The notes beneath the pieces were generated by a model. The model searched no databases and had not been told where the DNA came from. It worked only from the letters and a program-made list of their open reading frames with translations. 64,000 bases of DNA from Mobula hypostoma (taxonomy: Eukaryota). The stretch lies in assembly GCF_963921235.1 (NCBI RefSeq), contig NC_086109.1:17672001-17736000 (forward strand), read 5' to 3'. This document shows positions 1 to 12,349 of this stretch, in pieces; the stretch's first letter is position 1, and every line of letters begins with the position of its first letter. Position numbers and translations under genes: made by a program.

Positions 1-696
1 AAGGTTACGGAGATAACACGCATATGAAGGTATATAAAATCAAGGAAGATAAGTTTAAAACTAATACACCACTGAGCCATGTACTCAAGCCAACAACCAC
101 AGTGATGATGGAACTCAGTGATGGTTGCATATTGGGGTTCTATAGTTGAGACACTGTAGACTACAGATGCCGGAATCAGGAGCAACAGACAATCTGCTGG
201 AGGAAGTCAACGGATTGAGCAGCATCCGTGGGAGGATGTTTTGGGTCAAAACCTTGATGCATGTTTGATTCCCCCACATAGATGCTGCTCGACCTGCTGA
301 GAAACATCAACAGTGGATTCTACCGTTGGCTCCCTGGAGTCCTCTCCCTCAGCCATCTTTGTTACTGACTATTAAAACCCCAGGCTCACTCTCTCAGACA
401 CATTACATTGGGAACCCAACTGTCTCATTTAGTAGAGCATTGCCTCTTAATTCCAGTGCTGAGGGTTCGTTTCAGTTTGGGAAAGGAAAACAAACTGGAG
501 AAAAAGTACATAATTGGATTTTATTTACCATATCTCCTTGCCACACAGGTGGTGATCATTTGGTCCATCAAGACCATGATGGTCACCAGGCAACCTCATT
601 CTCCCACTAATTTTCTCCACACTCTACTTGCCACCCCATTCACACCAAGTGCCCCCAGATTCTACCATTCACTTTCTGTACACTTGGGGCAAGTAT

Positions 697-800
697 GTTG
701 GCGTGTGGCCAAGTGGTTAAGGCGTTGGACTAGTGATCTGAAGGTTGTGAGTTCGAGCCTCAGCCGAGGCAGCGTGTTGTGTCCTTGAGCAAGGCACATT
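697..800 (+). mobile_element. tRNA-derived SINE head
   Basis: A box TGGCCAAGTGG and B box GTTCGAGCC running into gtgtccttgagcaaggcac; a second diverged copy lies on the minus strand at about 33790-33908. Confidence 0.7.
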
Positions 801-2189
801 TATAGCCCAGCGGCGGCAGTTGCTGCAGTATAGACAAGACGAGACTTACAGTGACCAGACACCTTTGGAACATAGGTGGAAACTAGAGCACCTATAGGTA
901 TCTCACAGGGTTACAGGGAGAATGTATGAACCCCGTACAGACAGCACTGGAAGTCAGCATTGAATCCAGGTGACTGGAGCCTAGAAGCTTCATTTCTACC
1001 AACCTCACTACCGTAGGAGGGTGAGAGATAATTTGATAAAGGTGATAAGACAGATAGAGTGAGTGGATAGCCAGAGACTTTTCCCAGGGTGGAAATGGTT
1101 AATACACAGGGTTATTTAAGTATAGTACAGGAAAGTATCGGATGTCAGAGGTACATTTTCTATTACAGAGAGTGGTGGGTGCATGGAATGCCCTGCCAGT
1201 CGTGGTGGTAGGGGCAGAAAATTCAGGGGCATTTAAGAAACTCTTAGATAGACACAGAAATCAGAGAGTTTGGGGGGGAAAAAAAGAGTACAAAACAACA
1301 ACTTCCAATGAAACCTCTACACACTAACAAAGAAACTGGATATATCATTGACCTTCACCATTCAGGACATGTCCTCTTCTCGCTACCATCAAGGAGGAGG
1401 TACAGGAGCCTGAAAACGCACACTCAATGTTTTCAGAACAGCTTCTTTCCCTCTGCCGTAAGATTTCCGAACAATGAACCCATGAACACTACCTCACTAT
1501 TTTACTCTTTTTTCACTATTTTTTTACATATTCTTATTGTAATTTATAGTAATTGTTTATGTATTACATTGTATGCTGCGGCAAAACAACAAATTTCATC
1601 CCAGTGATAATAAACCTGATTCGGACTCATGTTTTCTTTCAATTTCTTCCTTACAAAACCGTTTATTGGTACTGTTCATCCAATACTGAAACTGGAATTA
1701 ATCTCATTCACACCCAAACTTCCATTGTGAAACTGTCGAATTAACACAACTCTGCCCTCCTGTAATTCACAGGTGATTATCATACACCACCACCAAATCC
1801 TCGCAGATCTAGCAAAAGTTGCTCTTGCCGTGTGCATTGAGATGTGTGAACAGATTGGTGATGTTAGGATATTAGAATACTACAGGCAAGAGGATAATAA
1901 TGATACAAGAGTACTGATGATGGGCCACGGCTCAAAACGTCGACTGTTCATTCCTTTCCATAGATACTGCCTGACCTGCTCAGTTCTTCCATCATTTCGT
2001 GTGTGCTACACTGGATTTTCAGCATCTGCAGAGTCTCTTGTATATATGATTTACAGCCCTCTATCTCCTTGTTCTTCCCTTTACTATCTCTTTAAATGCC
2101 TCCAGTTCTATAGCCATTAGCAATTGAGAGTTCCTCTGGCCTCTTCCATGTCAGGCTGTGGAATGCTCTCGTTAAACCTCTGCTCTCTA

Positions 2190-2582
2190 TTATCATCATT
2201 ACTATGTGCCGTGTCGTGTGATGTATGCAGTCACGGTCTTTTGACCGTGATCATTCTTGGCAATTTTTTCCACAGAAGTGGTTTGTCTTTACCCTTTTCT
2301 GGGCGGTGTCTTTATAAGATGGGTGACCTCAACCATTATCAGTACTTTTCGGAGATTGTCTACCTGGTGTCACTGGTTGCATAACCAGGACTTGTGATAT
2401 GCACCAGTTGCTTTACGACCATCCACCACCAGCTCCCAAGGCTTCACCTAACCCTGATTCGGTGGGGGGTGGGGGTGCGGGGGCTAAGCTGATGATACAC
2501 CTTGCCCAAGGGTGACCTGCAGGCTAGCGGAGGGAAGGAGCGCCTTACACCTCCTTTGGTAGAGACCTATCTCCAACCTGCC
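2190..2582 (-). mobile_element. Non-autonomous retroelement with RTE/BovB-like segment
   Basis: Minus strand has caaaccacttctgtggaaaaaattgccaagaatgatcacgg (resembles the Bov-A/Sauria-type RTE segment) and a (gat)n tail. Confidence 0.45.
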
Positions 2583-4509
2583 TTCCAACTGCACTCTACA
2601 ACCCACTGAAAAAGCAACCCCCTATCTGAGATTCTGATCACCTGTCCCCACATCCCCTTGTGCTGCTCAGTGTCAGATATCGTGAAGCGGCTTGGGGGCA
2701 TTGTATCAAGCCAGGTTGGTTTTGCTGAAACAGACAGGCTTCCCCCACCAGTAAATTCATACTCACCCACCAAAACTTGCAGATAGCTGTTGTTGAGCAG
2801 CACACACGAGATCAAGGATAAGCTTTATTCATCATATACAGTGACATGTATGAGGAGTTTACTGTGGTGTGTTGGTCAGGCATGCGACAAGAACATTCAG
2901 CAAATATAAAGAATAATATAATGAATAAAGTTAGAGATTAAAGTACAAAGATGGAATAAAATGTGCACATATACATAAATATATGTACATGTATTTACAA
3001 TATAAACAGTGTTATAAATATACAATGTAAACAATATATATGCTTATATACTGTAAATGCTGTTTGTAAATGCTTGCTGTTTATTCCCCTCCATACATGA
3101 TGCTGTTTGCATAAACAGCATTTTGGAGGGGAATAAACAGTTGATGTTTCGGGCCAAGACCCTCAGGTCCTGAAGAACTGTCTCAGGTCCCCTCCATAGA
3201 TGCTGCTTAACCTACTGAGTTCCTCCAGCATTTCGTGCGTGTTGCTCAAGATATACAACATCTGCAGAATCTCTTGTGTTTACGGTAACACTTGCCTGAG
3301 CTATTGCTGGAGCCCCCATGAGGAAAATGATAGAAATCCACGGCTATACTCATTCTGGACCCCCACACGCCGTACCTCTCCAATCCCCCGTACATTGAAA
3401 GAAGGGCTTTGAGTTAAAGTAACACCCCGTGGGGTGGTGAAAATTAGGGAGCCAGCTGCAGGTTGTGGTGTGAAATTACTTTGACACCACTGAACTGCAG
3501 AGTGATAGTCTGTCAACTTTATCCTCCTTGAGTTTGCTCTTCAAATAAATTTGAAGAGATAGTGTAAAATAGGGATTATAACACAAAATTCAAAGTAAAC
3601 CAAAACTTTCTCTGTTGACATTGTAATAATAAAGTGACTGTGTAAATGAACAATCAGTTACCTTGTTAATTGAAAATACTCCTGACTGCAATAATTTAGG
3701 CCAATCAACAATTAAATCCCAGCAGTTTAATGAAGTACATAAACCAGGGAGTTGTTCTGGTTTACAGGCCTTGATACACTTTGCATTGTATAGAAACATA
3801 GAAAACCCACAGCACAATACAGGCTCTTCGGCCCACAAAGCTGTGCCAAACATGTCCTTACCTTAGAAATTACCTAGGGTTACCCATAGCTCTCTATTTT
3901 TCTAAGCTCCACGTACCGATCCAGGAGTCTCTTAGAAGACCCTTTCGTATCTGAAGTAAGAGGTTAAAACCATTCAGAACTGATTGAACTGTGGCGTTTT
4001 CCCCTTGGAAAAGTAAAACTGAGGGTGACCCAGAAGGACCTTAAAGTTTATAAAGAATTTAGCAGAATAATAGAGATGTTCCCACACAGGTAAGATCACA
4101 ACTCAAAGCCACGTGGTCACTAATGAACCCAGTGGAGAATTCAATAATGTTTTAATGTAGACAATAGTTGGAGAGCGAAGCTCACTAATACAAATAATTA
4201 ATTGTACTGGGGCAGGGGGCAGCAAACCTATGGCATGTGTGCCCAAGATGGCACACACATTTTTGCTGGCAAGTGACATGCAGTGTCGTCACTTGATTCT
4301 TTAAAACTCATCCATAAAAATTAGCGTAATGATTATCTTTACTGCCAAATGAGGCAGCAAATTATTTTTCAGAACCCGAGGGCAGTGAAATGTTTTTACA
4401 GGAAGTGTTGCATGCTAGCTTGGCACCAGCTGGACAGTTATGAGGACACTTAATGTTGGATGATATGCTTTGAAATTCTCGCAGATCTGGTGTACAGTAT
4501 TTGAATGGT

Positions 4510-5534
4510 AATTGAATTTACTTTATTTCTTACATCCTTCACATACATGAGGAGTAAAAATCTTTACGTTACCTCTCTGTCTAATTGTGCCATGTGCAAT
4601 CATAGTAATTTATAATAAATAGAACAGTCGATGTAATACAGAGTACACTCAAGTCAGCGTGAGTTCATCAGTCTGATGGCCTGGTGGAAGAAGCTGTCCC
4701 GGAGCTGTTTGGTCCTGGTTTTTATGCTACGGTACCGCTTCCTGGATGATAGCAGTTGGAATAGATTGTGGTTGGGGTGGCTCGGGTCCCCAATGACCCT
4801 ACGGGCCCTTTTTACACACCTGTCCTTGTAAATGTCCTGAATCATGGGAAGTTCTTATCTACAGATGTGCTGGGCTGTCCGCACCACTCTCTGCAGAGTC
4901 CTGCGATTAAGGGAGATACAGTTCCCATGTCCGGCAGTGAGGCAGCCAGTCAGGATGTGCCCCTGTAGAAAGTTCTTAGGATTTGGGGCTCACACCAAAC
5001 TTCCTCAACCATCTGAGGTGAAAGAGGTACTGTTTCACCACACAGCTGGTGTGTACAGACCACGTGAGGTCGTTGGTGATGTGGATGCCGAGGAACATAA
5101 AGCTGTTTACCCTCTCAAATCCAGATCCATTGATATCAATAGGGGTTAGCGTGTCTCCATTCCTCCTGTAATCCACAACCAGCTCCTTTGTTATTTGCGA
5201 CATTGAGGGAGAGGTTGTTTTCTTGACACCACTGTGTCAGAGAGATGACTTCTTCCCAGTAAGCCACCTCATTATTTTTTGAGATAAGGTTGATCAATGT
5301 AGTGTTTACGGCAAATTTAATTAGTAGATTAGAGCTGTAGGTGGTGACACAGTAATGGGTATGCAGAGAATAAAGGAAGGGACTTAGTACACAGCCCTGA
5401 GGGGCTCCTGTATTGAGAGTCAGAGGGGCAGAGGTGAAGGAGCCCACTCTTACCACCTGCCGGCGATCTGACAGGAAGTCCAGGATCCAGCTGCACAAGG
5501 CAGGGTCAAGGCCGAGGTCTCCGAGCTCCTTGTA
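4510..5534 (-). mobile_element. 5'-truncated Rex1/Babar-type LINE
   Basis: RT motifs WILDFLSDRRQVV, NTGAPQGCVLSP, KFA(D)DTT-like, WCQENNLSLNV; frameshifted; possible TSD aatggt. Confidence 0.85.
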
Positions 5535-7052
5535 AATGGTTACAATAACAATACCATATAGAAATTGTTATATTTTCAATTCTGTTTAAAAGATGAGAAT
5601 TTTTGAACAGTTTTTCTAAAATACTTCATTTAGTTCAATCTGTCTCTGATATACATGTAAAACAATGAGTACCCATAAATAAGCAGCAAGACTCATCCCT
5701 TTTCCTTAAAGCTGTCAATAATTATTCTTAATAATTCATTAATCAATGATAATATCTGCTCAAAATTGCCATGGCATATGAGAGACTTTAAAGAAGATTA
5801 TCACCAGTTTGGGAACATGCTTTCTAAAAACAACACTCACAACACACTGGAGGAACTCAGCAGATCGGGCAGTATCCGTGGAAACGATCAGTCAACATTT
5901 CAGGCCGGAACCCTTCGTCAGGACTGAAGAGGGAAGGGGCAGAGGCCCTATAAAAAAGGTAGGGGGAGGGTGGGAAGGAGAAGGCTGGAAGGTTCCAGGT
6001 GAAAAACCAGTAAGGGGAAAGATAAAGGGGTGGGGGAGGGGAAGCAGGGAGGGGATAGGCTTTCTAAAAGGTTCACCACCTCTTTTCTGGGGAATTCTCA
6101 CACTTAGATGACTCCAAGAATCCTTAAGCTACAATTCTTGTGCTGCAAAACATCTTGCCATCTCTTGTCTAAAGTGTCACTGAAGTATTTCTCCTTCAAT
6201 GGGCCACTTTTTTTTGCATAGAAGTCCACAAACTCAGGGCTGGATATTGGTAAACGCCTCAATATTCAAGTGTGTGTCGGGAAGTAGGTGGTTATTTGAT
6301 TAAGATAATTTCAATTAGAATCACCCCCATGAAGACAAATAAAAACTCTTAAGTTTTACTTGGATTGCGAGCAGTGCAGCTCCCTGCAAGACAGGTATCT
6401 GGCCAAAATCTTTTGGGGGACTGCAGGAGACATGGAGTTGGAAGCAATTGGAAACCAGTTTCTTGGTATCTTTGCTTGGGCTAAGCAGCCAACAGTGGCC
6501 TAGACCAGCAGTGCAAGGAAATGATCACATACCCAGTCTTATGTCTTTCCTCACTTCGTTTGCACAACATTAGATCACGCACTAAAGTATCAACTCCCAT
6601 TTTTTATAGGTTTCAATGAACTGGCAAAGAATGTAGACGTGGTATTTAAGCTTGAGATGAAGCAGGAAGTTTAAAAGAATACTGCGTCATAACTACTGTA
6701 CCAAAACAAGCCAAGAAAAGCCACAAGTGGTGTAGTGGGAGTGGCGGTGGAGGAAGGGAAAGTATTTGGATCATAAATGTAAATGAAGGATCAGATGGCA
6801 ATCACTTCCTTGCATTGTTAGTCTAGGTCGCTGTGTAGCTGTGCGTCTGGCATGTTACTGACATCTTTGCCACTCTGTTCTCCAGATAAAGTGACTCCCA
6901 AATTCCTCTCTTATCATTATGTCCCCTACTGTATTGATTACTGATTGTCCTACATGTATAACTCTAGGTTTTGACTTCCTCGAGGAAAGGAAACATTTTA
7001 AAGCTCAATTAAACCCATACAACCAAAATAAAGTATACTTAGTGGCCACTTT

Positions 7053-7354
7053 TGTCAGGCCTGCACAGGCAGGCACCTCCCAGTCTCCACCCAGCTAACA
7101 GGAGTCACCTACCACTCATTTCCAAATCATCACCTGCAGCCCATTTAAACCCAGCTCTCATCCACAGTACTTGTTCACTCATTCAAACCAGTTGTTCCTA
7201 GCCTTCAATTACCTTGTTATGTTCAGAATCTGGTCGCTCTTATATTGTGGCCCCTGACTTTGTTATTTTGCAGTTTGTTAGTAAAATATCATTTACTGCT
7301 AAATTGTCTCTGCTGCTCTGCGTTTGGGCCAAGCCTTCTCTATATTTCCTGACA
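7053..7354 (+). repeat. 5' LTR
   Basis: Direct repeat of 10886-11210; TATA-like atttaaa at 7143-7149. Confidence 0.93.
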
Positions 7355-10300
7355 GGATGAGTGAGCAAACAATTGACCCAGCAGAGCTGCTCGCCTAAAG
7401 GAAGTCATCCGTCGACAGGGGCACATAATCCAAAAGCAGCAGGAAACCATTGAACATCTGCTTGCCACTCTGGCTCGATACAACAACCCCGCGTCAGTCA
7501 ACCTCCTCCTCCGGAGCCTGAACCCTCCAACTCGTTACTCCAAATTCCTCTCACGGTGCATTGTATGCTTTGAGCTCCAGCCGTCTCTGTAGTCCGTGGA
7601 CCAAGCCGAGAATGCCTTTGTCATCTCTTCCTTGTCTGGGCGAGCTCTGAGCTGGGTCACCGACAACTGGGAAAATAGAACCACCATTTGCAATTAATAT
7701 GAAGATTTTGCTGCTGAGATGCGCCAGGTTTTCGACCATCCAGGGAGTGGATGGGAGGCAGCAGAACAGATACTTAGCCTGTGTCAGTGCTGGATTGCAC
7801 CGTGAAATTCAGGACCCCAGCAGTGGAATGAGGCTGGGATGCAGAAGTGCTGCTGGCTCTTTACCATCACTGCCTCTCAGAGCACTTGAAAGATGAGCTG
7901 TCTACGAAGGAGATGCCCCCGGGCCTCAAAACCTCATCATTCCGGCCCTCTGAATTGACAAACATTTTATGGCAAGACCCTCCAGATCATGAGCCAGAAC
8001 CCCAGTTCCATTTCCAGAACCATTTCAGGCTGCAGGACCCTCATCACCAATGCTTCCAGAACCCAGGCAGTTAGATCTCCCCTAACTCTCCAAGAGCATG
8101 AGTGTCAGTGGAGGAACAACTTATGCACTTACTGCATCAAATGCCCACTGCGCTCGGGTAAAGCGCACCACCAGGTAGAGATGAGGGGCCTTCAACCTGG
8201 TGAGGTTCCCCTGGCCTCTTATTCCAGCACCAAAGCCCGACCCACTCTCTCTGTCCTCCCCCCACACCCCGACGGCTCTACGACACAGGGGGCTCTGGTG
8301 GATTCCAGCGCAGCAGGCAACTTTCTGGACCGGACTCTGTGTGTGCATCTTGGACTCCCCACCGAGCCTGTCTCTCACACCTTCTGCAATACGACCATTG
8401 ATGAACATCCCTTGGGGTCTGGGGTGGTCAGAGCGCACAGATGGCCTGTGCAGATGAGCACAACAAGTCCATCCAATTTCTTCTCTCATATTGGATGACC
8501 CCCCGGTTCTCCATTCATGACACTCACTGTGCCTGGTCATCTGGTTCACTGCTGAGTCGGGGACTCACCTGCCAGACCACTTGCCTGCAAGATCAGCTGG
8601 CTTTATCCCATAAATCCATGGAGATAGCTGAAATTCTCAACCTCACCAAACTCCCACAGGAATATCAGAGATTAGCCATTGCCTTCAGCATAAGGGAAGC
8701 CAGCACTCTGTCACCTCAGACCACATGACTACGCAATGACCTCATCCTGGGCACCAGCCCTCCATGAGGTTATCTATTCCCCACTTCCTTCCTGGGACAC
8801 AAGTCACAAATGACTATATCACCAAAGCGATACTGCAAGACTTCAGTCGACCATCCCAGACCCCAGCTGGCGCAGGATTCTTCATCGAAAAATGTGAGTC
8901 TTCGCCTCCGCATCGACTACAGAGAGCTCAACAAAATTACTATTAAGAACTGCTACCCTCTCCACTTGATGGATAGCGCATTCAAAGCACTCTGTAGGGC
9001 CTAGATTTTCACCACCTCAAGGATAACCTAGTCTGCTGCTGCGGATTGCGCTTTTGAGGAGCACATCTGACACCTCACCACTGCTCCCATTATCTGCTAT
9101 CTGGACCTTTTGTGGTAAGAGGTGGATGCATCTGGCATCAGATACGGGTGCTGGGGCCAGCCTCTCTCAGCGAAGACCAATCGAGAAGATACACCTTTGT
9201 CCTTCTTCACACGCAAGTTCAACTCTATATCGCACTGCTGTGGAATAGAAGACAGGGATCTATTCACCATTAAATGGATCTTGGAGGAATGAAGACTTTA
9301 GCTGATGGGTAACACTGAGTTCTTCCTGACCTGGACTGGCAACCAGAACCTCATCTCCATCAACAGACCTGCCAACTCAATCCACGTCATGCTGACTGGG
9401 CCTTGTTCTTTGAGCAATTCACCTTCACCATCTCCTACCAACCTGGCTCCAAGAACACTAAGGTGGATGCCCTGTCACGACAACGACAGATCGGCCCAGT
9501 TGAAATGGAGATTGACCCTTAGCTCAGCATTCCATCCTCCCAGATCTTCACCCCAATTGTCTGGGACTTGAGAACCAGATCCACAAGGCCCTACAGCATA
9601 GGCTTGATCTGGCCGATGCACCTGACAACCATATGCACATACTGGGCTCACTCTTCACCCCTCTCCGGCCATCAAAGTGCACAAGGGACCCTGGATTTTC
9701 TGCAACACCAGTTCTGGTGGCCCACCATGAGCACAGATATACGTCAGTTCATGGTTGCCTGCCCTCAATATGCCCAGTCCAATTCCTTCAACCAGCAGCC
9801 CTCTGGGCTCCAGCTGCTCCCTGCCATTCCCTCAGTGACCATGAACCTACATCGCTATGGATTTTATCACTGGTTTACACCTTCCGATGGGGCCATGGTG
9901 ATTATGACAGTGGTGGACGGGTTCTTCAAGATGATCCACTTCATTGCTCTCCCAAAACTTCTGTCAGCCACTGAGATGGCAGAACTTGTCCTCCAATATG
10001 TAGGTTGCCTCCACGGCTATCCCCACAATATTATGTCAGACTGGGAGCCACAATTTGTCTTCCACTTCTGCACTCCAGTGAGTTTGTCCTCTGGCTATCA
10101 TCTGCAGACCAACAGTTAATCAGAAAGGGCCAATCAAAAAGTGGAGAGGTTTCTGTGATGCTTTGCTGCCTCTAACTCTTCCACATGGAAGTAGTATCTG
10201 CTCTGGGCTGAACTGTCCAATAATTTGTACGCTTCCTCCGCCACAGTTAGGTCACCCCTTGAAGTGCTTCATGGCTACCAACCCCGATTGATCTCTGCGG

Positions 10301-10885
10301 AGGAGCCAATGGTGGAGGTCCTGTCCACCAGTTCCCTGGTTCGGCAATGCTAGGAGCTTGGAAGAGGCAATAGAGGGACATCCTTGCTGCTAACTCTGCC
10401 TACTGACATCAGGCTAACCGCTGTCGGCACCCAGCCAGGCTACCTTGGCTGTCCACTGGAGATTTGCCCCTGTGCACCAAAACCTGCAAGCTCTTGTCCC
10501 AGTTCATTGGTCCCTTGAAGATTACCCATTGCAAGAAACGAGTCATTTACTGTCTCCGGCCGCCACCCCTGCTCAGGATCACACCTGCTTTCCACGTGTA
10601 CAGCCTCAAGCCTGTCATCCATGGAGCACTCACCCCACCTGAGCCTACACCTCCAGAACCAAAGACAGTGGAAGGTTGTCCAGTCTATACAGTTTGCTGG
10701 CTGACGGATTTGCGTCGTGGTGGATGTGATATGCAGTACCTGTTTGGCTGGGAAGGGTGCGGCCCAGAGGAGAGGTCTTGGGTGGCATCCAGTTTCATCT
10801 CAGATCCATCGCTCACTGAAGAGGTCCACCTGACCCATTCGAATTGCCCCAGGCCGTTGGGTGCGGGCTGCAGAAAGGGGTGACT

Positions 10886-11210
10886 TGTCAGGCCTGCACA
10901 GGCAGGCTTGTCCCAATTCCTCTCTGGTTAACAGGCGTTACCTGCCACTCATTTCCACCTCATCACCTGCAGCCTATTTAAACCCTCCTCTCATCCACAA
11001 CATTAGTTCACTCTTCTGAACCAGCCTGCCTCAACCAGTTGTTCTTAGCCTTCAGTTACCTGGCTGCCTTGTCACGTTAAGTATCTGTTCTCTTTAATTT
11101 TGAGGCCCCACGTGGCTTGTTATTTTGCAGTTTATTATAAAATATAATTTATTGCTAAATCGTCTCCACTGTTCTGCTTTTGGGTCAAGCCTTCTCTACA
11201 CTTCCTGACA
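10886..11210 (+). repeat. 3' LTR
   Basis: Direct repeat of 7053-7354, visibly diverged; preceded by the polypurine tract. Confidence 0.93.
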
Positions 11211-12167
11211 ACTTTATTAGGTACAGGAGTGGAACCCGGTGGGGTCTTCAGCTGTCGCAGCCTATCCACTTCAAGGTTTGATATGTTGGGCATTCAATGA
11301 TACTCTTCTGCGCACCACGGTTGTAATGTGTGATTATTTAAGTTACTGTCGCCTTCCTTCAGCTTGAACCAGTATGGCTGTTCTGCTCTGACTTATTTCA
11401 TTAACAATGAATTTTCGCCTGTAGAACTGCCACTCATTGGATGATTTTTGTTTCTCGCACCATTCTCTGTAAACTCGGAGACTGTTGTGTGTGAAAATCC
11501 CAGGAGACGAGCAGTTTCTTAGATATTCAGACCACCCCGTCTGGCACCAACAATCATTCCACGGTCAAAGTCACTTAGATCACATTTCTTCCCCATTCTG
11601 ATGTTTGGTCTGAACAACAACTGAACTTCTTGACCATGTCTGCATGCTTTTATGCATTGAGTTCCTGGCGCATGATTGGCTAATTTAAAGTGGCCACTGA
11701 GTATATACATATGCTCAGACACCGCTGCATAATTTAGCCCAGGTAATTAACCCTTATCAAATTTCCCAGAATTTGTTTTCAAAACAATGCCAATAACCAG
11801 ACTTTACACGGAAGTCAAAGGGGGCAATTATACAAGTGAATTACACCATTTGATTATACTGTCATGGTATAAAGAATAGTGCACCTATACCAATATGTTT
11901 AACAGCAATCACACCAATGCTTGTGTGGTATTGGGCATCAACCAAGCAAACCCCAGCAACATCCATTAGAAAGCTGTTTTCCACAATATCTTTTGCTAAC
12001 TTGTTCACCATTCCTTTAAAAGCTTTAGTTTCTTGTACCCCGGATCAGTTCACCTATTGCTGTTGGCTGGAGTGTTGCAGTATCATGGAACATGCTCAGA
12101 AGATGCATATTGGAACTTCCACCCAAAATCAACTGGAACCTCCAGGTGCTGGGACCCAATGACTTAC

Positions 12168-12173
12168 TTTATT
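12168..12173 (-). terminator. Candidate polyadenylation signal (AATAAA) of the kelch gene
   Basis: First clear minus-strand AATAAA I found downstream of the stop, about 1.6 kb away; no transcript evidence. Confidence 0.25.
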
Positions 12174-12269
12174 GGTCAATACTGATGTATCATAGGCTTG
12201 ATTCTACAGTTCAGTGTCAAGATTAGTGTAGGTCTAGAGTTTCAGTATTCAAGATGCAGAACTTAAGAA

Positions 12270-12349
12270 CAGCAGTTCCCAACCTGAGGTTTATGGACCT
12301 CTTGCCTAACGGTATTGGTCCAAGGCATAAAAACGGTTGGGAACCACTG
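12270..12349. mobile_element. 80-bp hAT MITE
   Basis: TIRs cagcagttcccaacc / ggttgggaaccactg; perfect 8-bp TSD CTTAAGAA. Confidence 0.85.

Larger units (their letters stand above)
7053..11210 (+). mobile_element. Degenerate Gypsy/Ty3 chromovirus (sushi/Tf1-type) LTR retrotransposon with two LTRs
   Basis: LTRs 7053-7354 and 10886-11210 with TGTCAGG...CCTGACA termini; perfect 5-bp TSD ACTTT (7048-7052, 11211-11215); PPT agaaagggg at 10872-10880. Remnants of gag, protease (ALVDSSAAGNFLD), RT N-terminus (LRLRIDYRELNKITIKNCYPL), RNase H (DASDTGAGA), integrase (GHQ..WWP, VVDGFFKMIHF, SGYHLQTN) and chromodomain (QYLFGWEGCGPEERSW); many stops and frameshifts. Confidence 0.95.
7036..11703 (-). mobile_element. 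Non-autonomous Tc1/mariner element split by the LTR provirus
   Basis: TIRs of the cactcagtggccactttatt type with TA flanks; removing the provirus restores agtggccACTTTattaggtac; internal transposase N-terminal remnant MGKKCDLSDFDRGMIVGARRGG on the minus strand. Confidence 0.85.

Noticed and set aside
697..775. tRNA gene (AGT anticodon-like loop)
   Set aside because: No proper acceptor stem or T-run terminator; it continues into a SINE body and recurs, diverged, at about 33.8 kb.
7989..10883. Domesticated PEG10/RTL-like gene
   Set aside because: Both LTRs and the TSD are present, there are numerous stops and frameshifts, and catalytic motifs are degraded.
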